DNA from: Magnetococcales bacterium
GTDB taxonomy: Bacteria > Pseudomonadota > Magnetococcia > Magnetococcales > JADFYX01
Direction: 5' to 3'
Assembly (NCBI GenBank): GCA_015232405.1
Contig: JADFZS010000001.1
Location: 35,322-99,321, forward strand
Length of the DNA stretch: 64,000 nt
Part shown: positions 34,564 to 43,841 of the stretch, one piece after another
Layout: every line of letters starts with the position of its first letter
Numbering within the stretch: position 1 is the stretch's first letter
Position numbers and translations under genes: made by a program
Notes under the pieces: generated by a model
What the model was told of the DNA's origin: nothing
Seen by the model: only the letters and a program-made list of their open reading frames with translations
The model's database searches: none

Positions 34564-36228
34564 ATGAAAACCATGCCCCACCATCACTACACCCCATTTA
34601 CGCCAGTTAAATTGCCAGACCGTAATTGGCCCAATAAAGTTTTAGATAAAGCCCCTATTTGGTGTGCGGTGGATCTACGTGATGGTAACCAAGCTTTGAT
34701 CAATCCCATGGACCCAGAGCGGAAGTTGCGGATGTTCAACCAGCTTGTTACCACTGGCTTTAAAGAGATAGAGGTGGGTTTTCCTGCCGCCTCACAGGAT
34801 GATTATGATTTCACACGGCAGTTGATCAAAGAGAATCTGATTCCCGATGATGTGACTATTCAGTTGTTGACCCAGTCTCGCGAACATCTCATACGTCGCT
34901 CTTTTGCTGCTATTAAAGGGGTAAAACAGGCAATTGTTCACCTCTATAACTCCACTTCACCACTACAGAGAGAGGTGGTGTTTGGTATGGGAAGGCAGGA
35001 GGTTATCGATTTGGCTGTTGAGGGTGTGAATTTAATCAAAAAATTGGCAAGTGAGTGTGACACCCAAATCCGTTTGCAATATTCCCCGGAGAGTTTTAGT
35101 AACACTGAGTTGGATTTTTCCGTTGCTATATGCCAAGCAGTAATGGAAGCCTGGGGGGCAACTGAAGATAACCCGGTAATTCTTAACCTTCCGGCAACGG
35201 TTGAATCGGCAACACCAAATGTTCATGCCGATCAGATAGAGTGGTTCTGCCGTAATTTACAAAACTCCCAAGCTGCGATTATAAGTCTACACCCCCATAA
35301 TGACAGAGGGTGCGCAGTAGCTGCTGCTGAGCTGGGAATGATGGCAGGAGCAGCACGGGTTGAGGGAACTCTCTTTGGCAATGGCGAGCGAACGGGAAAT
35401 GTTGATTTGATCACCCTTGCTTTAAACCTTTTCTCCCAAGGTGTCGATCCAAAGTTGGATCTTTCCAACATACAAGAGGTTGTTGATACCTATGAGAGCT
35501 GTTCAGGTTTAACTGTCCATCCTCGCCATCCCTACAGTGGTGAGTTGGTATTTACCGCCTTTTCCGGCTCCCACCAAGATGCCATTCAAAAAGGGCTTCG
35601 GGCTTTAAAGGATTCTGGAGCTACTGGTTGGTCGGTTCCCTATCTTCCGGTAAATCCAGACCATTTAGGGCGACAGTATGAGACATTCATCCGTATTAAC
35701 AGCCAATCTGGTAAAGGTGGGGTGGCCTTTATTTTAGAGGATAAATATGGCCTTCGATTATCCAAAGAGCTCATTAAGGATTTCAGCCAAACAGTACAGA
35801 AAATGGCTGACAAATCGGGACAAGAACTACAACCACAAGAGATATATGATGCCTTTATCAACCGCTATATCACCCCTAATAACCAGGTTGAGTTGATTTC
35901 ATATGAAAACCATCCCATACCGGAGCAGGAGAGCGTTTGCCGTTTAATAGGCAAGCTACGTCGTGGTAGGGATGAGATAGAGTTTACTGAACAAGGTAGT
36001 GGCCCGGTAAGCGCGTTTGTATCGGTTTTGGAGAGGGTGCTTGAAACCCAAATTAAAATAAACTCTTTTGAACAACATGGAGTAGGGGAAGGCAGAGATG
36101 CCAAAGCTGTAACCTATGTAGCCCTCACAGCAAACAAAAAACAGCCGTGTCTGGGTGTAGGTCTACACACAAACACCACAACCTCCGCCCTAGAGGGGGT
36201 AATCCGGGCGGTGTGTAGTTCGTTATAA
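34564..36228 (+). CDS. leuA: 2-isopropylmalate synthase, long (type 2) form
   Basis: LPDRNWPNK...PIWCAVDLRDGNQAL, HPHNDRG, FSGSHQDAI and a C-terminal LeuA regulatory domain. Confidence 0.93.
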   Translation: MKTMPHHHYTPFTPVKLPDRNWPNKVLDKAPIWCAVDLRDGNQALINPMDPERKLRMFNQLVTTGFKEIEVGFPAASQDDYDFTRQLIKENLIPDDVTIQLLTQSREHLIRRSFAAIKGVKQAIVHLYNSTSPLQREVVFGMGRQEVIDLAVEGVNLIKKLASECDTQIRLQYSPESFSNTELDFSVAICQAVMEAWGATEDNPVILNLPATVESATPNVHADQIEWFCRNLQNSQAAIISLHPHNDRGCAVAAAELGMMAGAARVEGTLFGNGERTGNVDLITLALNLFSQGVDPKLDLSNIQEVVDTYESCSGLTVHPRHPYSGELVFTAFSGSHQDAIQKGLRALKDSGATGWSVPYLPVNPDHLGRQYETFIRINSQSGKGGVAFILEDKYGLRLSKELIKDFSQTVQKMADKSGQELQPQEIYDAFINRYITPNNQVELISYENHPIPEQESVCRLIGKLRRGRDEIEFTEQGSGPVSAFVSVLERVLETQIKINSFEQHGVGEGRDAKAVTYVALTANKKQPCLGVGLHTNTTTSALEGVIRAVCSSL

Positions 36229-36235
36229 ATTATAA

Positions 36236-36269
36236 TTTGTACCTGGATGTTATGTCATCCAGGTACAAA
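36236..36269 (+). terminator. Perfect 14-bp hairpin 8 nt after the leuA stop (terminator-like, no T-run)
   Basis: TTTGTACCTGGATG-ttatgt-CATCCAGGTACAAA. Confidence 0.5.
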
Positions 36270-36303
36270 CTGCTCGTATAACTCATTGGCAAGAGGAAAA
36301 GCA

Positions 36304-36498
36304 ATGAAGACAATATATTACCCAGAAGATGATATATTAGTTATGCGGTTGAGTGATAACCCAGCAGTAAAGGATGTTTCCCAAAGCTGGAATGTTAATG
36401 TCAGTTATGGGGCAGATGGTGAAGTGGTGGAGATTGTGATTCTTGAAGCTAAGGAGAAAGGTCTGTTTCCAATAAAAACTGAGAAGCATGCTGCTTGA
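36304..36498 (+). CDS. DUF2283-family small protein
   Basis: MKTIYYPEDDILVMRLSD... matches the DUF2283 pattern (MK.tYD.e.D.lyi.l). ATG 36304 follows AGAGGAAAAG. The longer tracked start lies inside the leuA hairpin. Confidence 0.65.
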   Translation: MKTIYYPEDDILVMRLSDNPAVKDVSQSWNVNVSYGADGEVVEIVILEAKEKGLFPIKTEKHAA

Positions 36499-36537
36499 AT
36501 AAGGCAAGCTTTATGGGGCGTCAATTCCTACTATTAT

Positions 36538-36551
36538 CCTAGAAACGGCAG
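36538..36551 (+). repeat. Solo copy of the repeat family (ATTATCCTAGAAACGGCAG)
   Basis: It lies between the convergent DUF2283 and holC gene ends. Confidence 0.5.
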
Positions 36552-36597
36552 AGAGGTGTCAGGGTTATTTCAGCTAAATAGTTTCGGTAAAAAAATT

Positions 36598-37092
36598 CTA
36601 CTTCTTTTTATTGGCAGTGCTATCCTTCAAGCTCCACTTGTTGTCCTCTCCCTGGATCCAATACTCCATATTGCAACCGAGATCCATATATTTTTTATAG
36701 CGGACCCGGCTGGCGTTTAGAGCGTTGGGGCTGCTGCCGTCTACGAAATCTACTACCATGTCAAATTGTTCGGGTTTTTCTATTAGTTGGGGGGTTGATA
36801 GCACTATCAAGGTAGCACCGTTTTGATCTGTGGGTTTGCTGGCTATTAAAAGGGGTTGAAGTTCTGGGTCGGGGTCGCTTTGGGTGCCGTGGGGTAGAAA
36901 GGCATCGGTTGGTGAATACCAGAGCTGGTTATCCCAGTATCTGCTTGGCTCATCACCTGGGGTTAACAGGGTGGATCTAATGCCTTTGGCCCAGGCTTTG
37001 TTTAAAATTGTGGTAATGGCTACCTCCAGGGTTGATTTGCCTAGTTGATAAAAACGCACCGTTGTCGGTGAATCTTTTTTATCTCTCGCCAT
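36598..37092 (-). CDS. holC: DNA polymerase III chi subunit
   Basis: VRFYQL, WDNQLWYSPTDAFLPHG, MVVDFV and RVRYKKY align with the E. coli HolC blocks (ATFYLL, LDEALWARPAESFVPH, VVDFV, RERYKAY) as I recall them. Confidence 0.8.
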   Translation of the reverse strand: MARDKKDSPTTVRFYQLGKSTLEVAITTILNKAWAKGIRSTLLTPGDEPSRYWDNQLWYSPTDAFLPHGTQSDPDPELQPLLIASKPTDQNGATLIVLSTPQLIEKPEQFDMVVDFVDGSSPNALNASRVRYKKYMDLGCNMEYWIQGEDNKWSLKDSTANKKK

Positions 37093-40000
37093 TATAGTTC
37101 AAACCCCATCTCTTCAAGTTTTTGCTGGCGTAATGGGTCCAGTTCACCTTTTTTGTATGACTGTCTTTGGAACTGTAACCAGAGACCAAGCTGGGAATAC
37201 TTAGAGCCTTGGGTCGGAACGTTGCAGTGGCCCTGTTCCTCTTTAAAGGCTTTTAGAACAATCATCATCTCCTCTACAATAACCTGTTTTTGCTCCCAGA
37301 CAAAATTTAGTTCAGACAATCTGTTGATTTGGTCTTGGGAGAGGGTGTTATTGGCTTTGGCCTTTCTCTGGTTGTCGCACCATTTAGAGAGCAGCATTGT
37401 TGCCGGGTGGGATTTTGAAACCAGACAATGGCCTTTTTCATGGGCAAAAATAAATAGCTGCCGATACATGTCCAGCCAGTTGGCCTCGGCAATATCCCAG
37501 ATGAAACCCAGGGCATCCAACCTCTGGATTCGGGGTTGATCCAGCTGACCAGACAGTTTTGCTTTTCGCTGGGTGGCTACCCACCAGCCAAGTTCACTGT
37601 TTTGGGCGTAACTCTCAGGAACCAGGCAATCTCCATGGTGGTCTCTATATTCGGTCAAGGCGACAAACATCTCTTCCCAGAAAATTGCTTTGGCATCCCA
37701 TAAAAAACCGAGTTGCGATAGTCTGTCCTGATGCTCTTGGTTCAAAGTGCCTTTTTTATAATCCCGTCTTAAATTATTAACCCACTGGGCTAAACGGGGA
37801 TTTTGGGGCCATTTAGGTGGCACAATACAGTGGTTGCGACTGTTGGTAAAATCGGTAAGAGCTGTGAACATCTCCTCCCAAGCAGCCTCTTTGACATCCC
37901 AGATAAAGCCGATTTCATCAAGTTTGGCCTGACGATCTTTTTTTAGTATATTTTTTGATTTTAACAGTCGCTGTTTTTTCACCCAACTCGGTAGGTCCGG
38001 GGCTGTCTTGAGGTTAGGGGGCAGGTTAAAATGGCCCTGGCTTTTATAATATGTTATCAGGCTGGCAAACTGTTCATCCCATGCAGCCTGTTCAAGATCC
38101 CAGACAAATCCTGCCTCATCCACACGGGCTTTTCTATCTTTATCGATAGTGCCGATTTTTAGCTCCCGACGCAGGGTTTTTGCCCACTGTCCCAAGCTTG
38201 GTTTTGCCGGATAAAGGTCCGATAGTTTACCGTGACCATGACAGAGCTTGAAAAATTTAAAGTCGGCAAACATCTGCTCCCACGCAGCAATTTTCAGATC
38301 CCAGGTAAAACCCAAGGCGGTCAAACGGTGGATTTTGCTGGGATGGAGTCGCCCTCTCTTGCGCGAGCTTCGTTGCTCCTGACACCACAAGCTCAAGGTT
38401 TGATCTGCTGAACCTTTTTCCAAACCCCTGTCGGGTAGGGTACAGTGACCATACTTAAATTTATACCCTTTTAACAAAGCAAACATCTCATCCCAATAGG
38501 TCTGCTCAAGATCCCAGACAAAGCCTGCCATCTCGAGTCTCTCTTGTCTGATTGGGGGAAGTTTGCCAGTGGTTTTATCCCTTCTTTGTGTTTTGGCCCA
38601 CTCAGCCAGCTTGGGCATGTGGGGATCTTTATCTGGTATTTTACCGTGACCGTTTATCAGTTTATATCTCTCAAAAAGGGCAAACAGCTCTTCCCAGGCT
38701 GCTACCTCTAGGTTCCAGACAAAGCCAAGGCTATTTAAACGGTCTTCTCTCTCGGCTGTAAGGCTGCCTTTTTTATCATTTCTTCTTTGTAACTCCGCCC
38801 AATCAGCAAGTTTGGGATTGTGGGGGTAGTTCTGTGGCACAGCACCATGACCATGTATTTTATAAAATTTTTCCAGAGCCTTGAAACCAGCCTCCCAGGC
38901 ATCAACCTCAAGATCCCAGACAAAACCCAGCATGGTTAATTTTTCTTCCCACTCTTTATCAAGGCGAGCACTCTGTTTTTCCCGTCTTTGTCTGCTTACC
39001 CAGTCTGCAAGTTCAGGGTTGTCGGACCAGCCTTTGGGAACCTTGCAATGGTTGTGTTGACTTTTATAAATCACCAACTCTTTATACATTCGCTCCCAAG
39101 CGGTTTTTTTGGGGTCCCAGATAAAACCGATATCTGTCAGCTCCTGATAGCGGGATTTAAGTAGACTGTTTTTCACATGGTTTTTACGTTGCTGTTCTAC
39201 CCATTGGCTCAACTGGGGGTTGTCGGCAAGACGTTGGGGAATTTCACAATGGTTGTTTTTATCTCTAAACGCCAAAAGTTGACCAAAATTTTCATCCCAT
39301 AGATTGCTCAATCTTTTAACACAGTTAATCAAAATAGCCTCACTGTTGACCCGGTTTTGCTCTTCACCATTTTGAACAATCTCTAGCCATTTATTAAGAT
39401 GTTCAATGTTCCATTTTCCTGTGCGACCAAAGTTTATTCTTATATCTCTTAGCTCCTGGGCAAAACTGCTGTCTTGCTCTTTGAATAGCTGCAAACTTGC
39501 CCATAAATCGTCACTGTTGTTGAGGCCTTCTGTGCAATCGCCATTTGCATTTTTTCTTATGGCTACTGCAATGTAGCCACTTTTTTGCTCAGCTATTTTC
39601 CTCAGCACAGGCTCATAAGTGGATGGGTTCTCTTTTTTGCTGCCATTTATGAAAAACACCATATCAGCCGGGTTGAGATTAAATCCTGATTCTATTGTGG
39701 ATGTTAACGACAAAATAGCGTGGTTGCTTTTTGCGTATAAGAGATACTGTTCATCTATTTGGGTAGCTGTTTTTAAACCTTCCACACAAAAAGGTATAAA
39801 ATGGTTTATGGTTGCTGGAGCATCGGCTAAAAAATTATCTGCAAACTCTCTAGCCAATGCCGGTTTTTCGTGCCGGGTGTGTATGTGGCAAATCTCCGGT
39901 TTTTCACTGTGACACAGAGCAATTGCATCTAGCTGGCTCTCTTTGTCATCTATTATTGGTAAAAGAAATTTCCAGTTGCGAATGCTTTTTTTTTGAATGC

Positions 40001-41354
40001 CATCTGCCATAGTTGCCAAATGTACAACCGGGCCGTATAGCTCTTTATCATCAAGGCGAAAGAGAGCTTTTAGCTCACCCTCCTTGTTGGGTTTCAAGGC
40101 ATCTAAACGGTAAGGTGTAGATGTCAACAGATAGAGCTTTTTGATTGGCAGGTCACTATCTTGTAGTGCAGGGTTGATCTTTTCTCCCCATGGTGAAACA
40201 AGATGATGGGCTTCAATTATCAAAGCTAGATCAATAGGTGAATAACCCAAAATAGCCTGTTGCAATGTGGGTAGAATATCTGCTGTCGCCAAGATAATTT
40301 TTATTCCACTTTGCAGGCGCAAGCCCAAAAACTGCCTAAGTTCACCAGTTGTTGAGGTAAGGGGGTGGTTAAAATCACTCTGCTTTAATTTTGCTGGCTG
40401 TTTAACAAAAACCAGGGGGGCAATGGTGGCCCAAGAGGTCTGTTTTTGCCAATTATTGATAAAATCACGTATATGGTTTTGACTTGGCAGTATAACCAGT
40501 CCACAGCGTTGGTTGCCCAAGTTCTCCAGGAGGTGTCTTGCGGTTTGCAATATATCATTGCCCATGGATGAAACCAGCAAAGCCCTGTTATCTGAAAGCC
40601 CCCGGATAATATTCAAGGCTTCGGCCTGGACAGGTGATGGGGCGTTGCGAGTTGGTAGTATGCCACCACCTTTTAGCCAACGGTTGAAACTTGTAAAATC
40701 CAGCGGTGACAGCAGATCAAGATCCGGGGCCAGAATGCGATGAAAGCCATCTTGTTTTTGCAGTACTTTGGGCAGTGTTTTTGTGTTGCTGATCAACAGG
40801 GGTTGCAGGCTATGTTTTATAAGGTTTTGAAACTCTGCAACCTGTTCATCTGTTAGCTCTTCTCTGTTGTGGCAGTAGTAGAGGGCGTAGGGGTGGGTCT
40901 CCCCACTGCTGGTTTTGAAATAGCCGTGGGCGCATGTTAGTTTTTCCGGTAGACAGAACCGTTTTCTTGTCTCGGCTGTAATGGCAGAAGCTGGCAAAAC
41001 CTCCGTTGCCTGATAAAAAGAACGGCTGGCAAGCAACCCCTCCACAAACAGGGCAAAGGCCAACTTTACCTCTTTAGTTACGTAATGGCTGGTTTCACCA
41101 TCTAACGGCTCTTTTGTCTGATCATCAATCAGCTCTTGGGAGGTGGCAGGTTGCTTCTCTTCCAACTCACTATTGGCAGCGAGACCTTCCCATGAACCTT
41201 CTGTTGGAATAGTAGTTTGGGATAACGGTTTATCAACTGTTTTTGTCTCAACAGTTAAATCTGAGAGTCGCTCTTCCAGCTCTTTAAAACTGCTAAGGTT
41301 ATAAAACAGCTTTGCGTCCCCAAAACGTCGTGCATCAGGATGTTTAGGCAGCAT
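37092..41354 (-). CDS. 1420-aa protein: degenerate nuclease-like N-terminus, SF2 (ResIII-type) helicase core with substituted catalytic motifs, and 11 tandem helicase-associated (HA) domain repeats
   Basis: Q-motif-like PVQAEAL. The motif I position reads LLVSSMGNDILQTA with no GKT. The motif II position reads LIIEAHHL with no Asp. Motif III is TSTP. These are followed by 11 repeats of W..(F/Y)..L..(F/Y)....GH..VP.....L..W...QR......L.......L...GF.WD. Confidence 0.85.
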   Translation of the reverse strand: MLPKHPDARRFGDAKLFYNLSSFKELEERLSDLTVETKTVDKPLSQTTIPTEGSWEGLAANSELEEKQPATSQELIDDQTKEPLDGETSHYVTKEVKLAFALFVEGLLASRSFYQATEVLPASAITAETRKRFCLPEKLTCAHGYFKTSSGETHPYALYYCHNREELTDEQVAEFQNLIKHSLQPLLISNTKTLPKVLQKQDGFHRILAPDLDLLSPLDFTSFNRWLKGGGILPTRNAPSPVQAEALNIIRGLSDNRALLVSSMGNDILQTARHLLENLGNQRCGLVILPSQNHIRDFINNWQKQTSWATIAPLVFVKQPAKLKQSDFNHPLTSTTGELRQFLGLRLQSGIKIILATADILPTLQQAILGYSPIDLALIIEAHHLVSPWGEKINPALQDSDLPIKKLYLLTSTPYRLDALKPNKEGELKALFRLDDKELYGPVVHLATMADGIQKKSIRNWKFLLPIIDDKESQLDAIALCHSEKPEICHIHTRHEKPALAREFADNFLADAPATINHFIPFCVEGLKTATQIDEQYLLYAKSNHAILSLTSTIESGFNLNPADMVFFINGSKKENPSTYEPVLRKIAEQKSGYIAVAIRKNANGDCTEGLNNSDDLWASLQLFKEQDSSFAQELRDIRINFGRTGKWNIEHLNKWLEIVQNGEEQNRVNSEAILINCVKRLSNLWDENFGQLLAFRDKNNHCEIPQRLADNPQLSQWVEQQRKNHVKNSLLKSRYQELTDIGFIWDPKKTAWERMYKELVIYKSQHNHCKVPKGWSDNPELADWVSRQRREKQSARLDKEWEEKLTMLGFVWDLEVDAWEAGFKALEKFYKIHGHGAVPQNYPHNPKLADWAELQRRNDKKGSLTAEREDRLNSLGFVWNLEVAAWEELFALFERYKLINGHGKIPDKDPHMPKLAEWAKTQRRDKTTGKLPPIRQERLEMAGFVWDLEQTYWDEMFALLKGYKFKYGHCTLPDRGLEKGSADQTLSLWCQEQRSSRKRGRLHPSKIHRLTALGFTWDLKIAAWEQMFADFKFFKLCHGHGKLSDLYPAKPSLGQWAKTLRRELKIGTIDKDRKARVDEAGFVWDLEQAAWDEQFASLITYYKSQGHFNLPPNLKTAPDLPSWVKKQRLLKSKNILKKDRQAKLDEIGFIWDVKEAAWEEMFTALTDFTNSRNHCIVPPKWPQNPRLAQWVNNLRRDYKKGTLNQEHQDRLSQLGFLWDAKAIFWEEMFVALTEYRDHHGDCLVPESYAQNSELGWWVATQRKAKLSGQLDQPRIQRLDALGFIWDIAEANWLDMYRQLFIFAHEKGHCLVSKSHPATMLLSKWCDNQRKAKANNTLSQDQINRLSELNFVWEQKQVIVEEMMIVLKAFKEEQGHCNVPTQGSKYSQLGLWLQFQRQSYKKGELDPLRQQKLEEMGFEL
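37095..39305 (-). repeat. Array of 11 contiguous HA-domain repeats (nine of exactly 67 aa, one of 71, terminal one of 63)
   Basis: Counted directly from the translated ORF. The repeats abut without linkers. Confidence 0.85.
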
Positions 41355-41362
41355 TTTATATC

Positions 41363-43435
41363 CTATCGTGGTGTTGCATCCGGCAGACCACCATCAACAG
41401 GTATGGTTGCGCCTGTTGTTGGGCTCTGTCTTGTGACAAAATATAGAACCGCATTTGCCACATGTTTGGCTGTAACTGCTGCTTTTAACAGGTTGCGGTT
41501 TTGATAATATGCCTCCAGACCTGCCTCATCCAACCCCCTGGCTTTCATACGGTCTGGCCCCACCTCAGCCCAGAGGCCAGATTTGCGTTTACCTTCTGAG
41601 AAAACCGCATCAGGAGCAACCATGTTAACCCGTATATCATCACCAGCCATCTCCAAGCTGGCTATTCTGGCAAGTTGGTGGGAGGCCGCTTTGGTGGCAC
41701 TGTAAGCTCCGAAATTGGCTCCGGGAGCAAAAACATTTTTGGTGGATATTAAAATAATATCACCACCTGTACCCTGCATTTTTAAAATACGACCTGTTGC
41801 CGATAGAACGTTTAAGGTTCCTTCAATATTGACCTTTTGCAGACGGTTGAAATCTTCTGTTTTCATATCGTTTAATGAGCATACATGGGCAAGGCCAGCA
41901 TTTATTATAGCTATGTCCAAGCCCCCCCATTCATCGATAATCTCCCCCATAGCCTCATCCACCGCTTTACTGCTTGTGACATCCATAGCTACAGCAATAA
42001 CCCGGTCTTGATACTGCTCTTTTAAGTCTGCCACTAAGGAGTCAAGATGGGGGCCGGGTAGATCTGTAGCAGCAACATGACAACCGTTGGCTAACAGCTC
42101 CCGACAGATACCTGCTCCAATGGCTCCTGCTGCACCTGTTACCATGGCAATGGAACCCGCCAGAGCTGGTGGTTGCTCACTGTCAAGTTTGGCCTGTTGC
42201 AGGGGATAATACTCCATGGCAAACATATCAGCATCGCTTAGGCCGCTATATTTTTCCCCCATGTTAGCAATGGTGTTTTTAACTTGTAGGGTCTGCTTGG
42301 TGATATCACGAACAATATTTGCCTCACCAACATCAGCACCAGCACAAACCACACCCACACCCGGTATACATGACACCCGTGGTGATTGATCGTAAGAGGA
42401 GTGATGTTTTTTGCTGTGTTTATTAAAATATTTTAAATATGACTTTTTATAGCTGGCGATAGCAGGGGCTATCTGCTCACTATCTGCAATCCAGGCAGGT
42501 AGCGGTTTTATACGGATAAGATGGTCAGAGGTAAGAGGGGGGGTTAACAGCCTTTTGTCGGCCCTGTCTTGGGCTAATATATTCAAGCTTTCATTGTCGA
42601 TTATGGGCGACAATATAAACCGTTTATAGGGGGTGTCTGGATTGTTGGTGGGGGCTGCCAGTTGCCCGCGCAGTTGTGGAGCCAGTTTGCGATACCGTTT
42701 TTTAGCAGTAGCTATATTGTTGCTCTTTTTGCTTTTTTTACTGTTTAACCTGTTCTGGATAAACACCTCCGCTCTGGTTACAATCTCAATATGGTTGGTA
42801 TAGGCAACCATGGCATCATCACCCCAGGTTATCAGACCGTGTTGCATGAGGATCATGCCAGTGGCATCAGGTTTTTTGGCATAAGCCTTGGCAACAGCTT
42901 TTGCCAGAGAAAAGCCGGGATGGATATATGGGAGAATTATAACCTCATCACCAAAAGCTTTTTTCAGCTTCTCTTCACCGTTTTTCTGGTTGCTCAGGGT
43001 TAAGATAGCGTCGGCATGGCTGTGATCGATAAACTTGGCTGGTAGAAAAGCGTGGAGCAGAGCCTCTATTGATGGGGTTGGAGCCTGGGAATCAAAAAGG
43101 TTGCAGCGTATTTGATTGACCATCTGGGCATCATCAAGGGTTTTTATGGACTGTAACTCTTGCAGCCTGGCTAAATGTAGACCAGGAAGCCCCGCAGCTG
43201 TAAGGGTTGCCAGATCATGACCAGAAGCTTTTATAAAAATAGCATCGATATTCTGACCTAAAATATTTTTGTAAGAGCTTTTTACCGAGGAGTTGCCACC
43301 ACCATGTAGCACCAGTGAAGACTCCATCCCTTGTAATTGGCTGCTATAGATACGCAGTGCAATATCTCTATTGATGCTATGAGAGTGTTTATTGGCAAAT
43401 CTGGTTGCGGCACTTTTTGACCATCTATTTTTCAT
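41363..43435 (-). CDS. Bifunctional class II aldolase/adducin-domain + short-chain dehydrogenase protein (rhamnulose-1-phosphate aldolase/SDR-like)
   Basis: N-terminal aldolase-II-like half. The C-terminal SDR half has TGAAGAIG and a YSATKAA catalytic motif. ATG 43435 with AAGGGA upstream is preferred over the TTG at 43465. Confidence 0.85.
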   Translation of the reverse strand: MKNRWSKSAATRFANKHSHSINRDIALRIYSSQLQGMESSLVLHGGGNSSVKSSYKNILGQNIDAIFIKASGHDLATLTAAGLPGLHLARLQELQSIKTLDDAQMVNQIRCNLFDSQAPTPSIEALLHAFLPAKFIDHSHADAILTLSNQKNGEEKLKKAFGDEVIILPYIHPGFSLAKAVAKAYAKKPDATGMILMQHGLITWGDDAMVAYTNHIEIVTRAEVFIQNRLNSKKSKKSNNIATAKKRYRKLAPQLRGQLAAPTNNPDTPYKRFILSPIIDNESLNILAQDRADKRLLTPPLTSDHLIRIKPLPAWIADSEQIAPAIASYKKSYLKYFNKHSKKHHSSYDQSPRVSCIPGVGVVCAGADVGEANIVRDITKQTLQVKNTIANMGEKYSGLSDADMFAMEYYPLQQAKLDSEQPPALAGSIAMVTGAAGAIGAGICRELLANGCHVAATDLPGPHLDSLVADLKEQYQDRVIAVAMDVTSSKAVDEAMGEIIDEWGGLDIAIINAGLAHVCSLNDMKTEDFNRLQKVNIEGTLNVLSATGRILKMQGTGGDIILISTKNVFAPGANFGAYSATKAASHQLARIASLEMAGDDIRVNMVAPDAVFSEGKRKSGLWAEVGPDRMKARGLDEAGLEAYYQNRNLLKAAVTAKHVANAVLYFVTRQSPTTGATIPVDGGLPDATPR

Positions 43436-43531
43436 TTCGCTATATCCCTTCCACAAAATATCCAACCTGACTTACCATAATAACATAATAGTGAGCTTTT
43501 TGAGGAGGGGTGCTCTTCTCTTTTTTTGTGA

Positions 43532-43567
43532 TTGACACAATATGTACATGTACATATTATATGTACA
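43532..43567 (+). promoter_or_regulatory. Sigma-70-type promoter overlapped by TGTACA palindromes (candidate YefM-YoeB operator)
   Basis: TTGACA (43532-43537), a 17-bp spacer, then TATTAT (43555-43560). TGTACA occurs at 43543, 43549 and 43562. TATGTACATGTACATA is a perfect 16-bp palindrome. Confidence 0.6.
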
Positions 43568-43592
43568 AGCACTAAAATTATGGAGATATCAA

Positions 43593-43841
43593 ATGGCTAA
43601 ATCTATGAGTTATACTGCATTTAGGAAAAATTTATCCAGTGTAATGGCTGAGGTAGAAAGAGATAGTATCACTTATCAGATAACCAAAAAAGGTAGTGAA
43701 GGGGTGGTTGTTATGTCTCAGAGTGATTTTAACTCACTAAACGAAACCCTCTATCTTCTCTCAAGTTCTGCTAATCGGGAAAAATTAAGAAGTTCTATGA
43801 AGGAGGCCAAAGCAGGAGAGTTTGTTGAGGTCGATTTGTGA
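43593..43841 (+). CDS. yefM: Phd/YefM-family antitoxin
   Basis: MSYTAFRKNLSSVMAEVERD... and NETLYLLSS. GGAG lies upstream of ATG 43593. The stop overlaps the toxin start. Confidence 0.85.
   Translation: MAKSMSYTAFRKNLSSVMAEVERDSITYQITKKGSEGVVVMSQSDFNSLNETLYLLSSSANREKLRSSMKEAKAGEFVEVDL

Noticed and set aside
36247-36303. Upstream start for the DUF2283 gene
   Set aside because: It begins inside the 14-bp leuA-proximal hairpin and adds a non-conserved Cys/Asn-rich leader. ATG 36304 has a good SD and matches the family N-terminus.
37153-40743. Several 60-130-aa plus-strand ORFs inside the HA-repeat gene
   Set aside because: They are antisense shadow frames of a continuous 4.3-kb ORF with clear domain structure.
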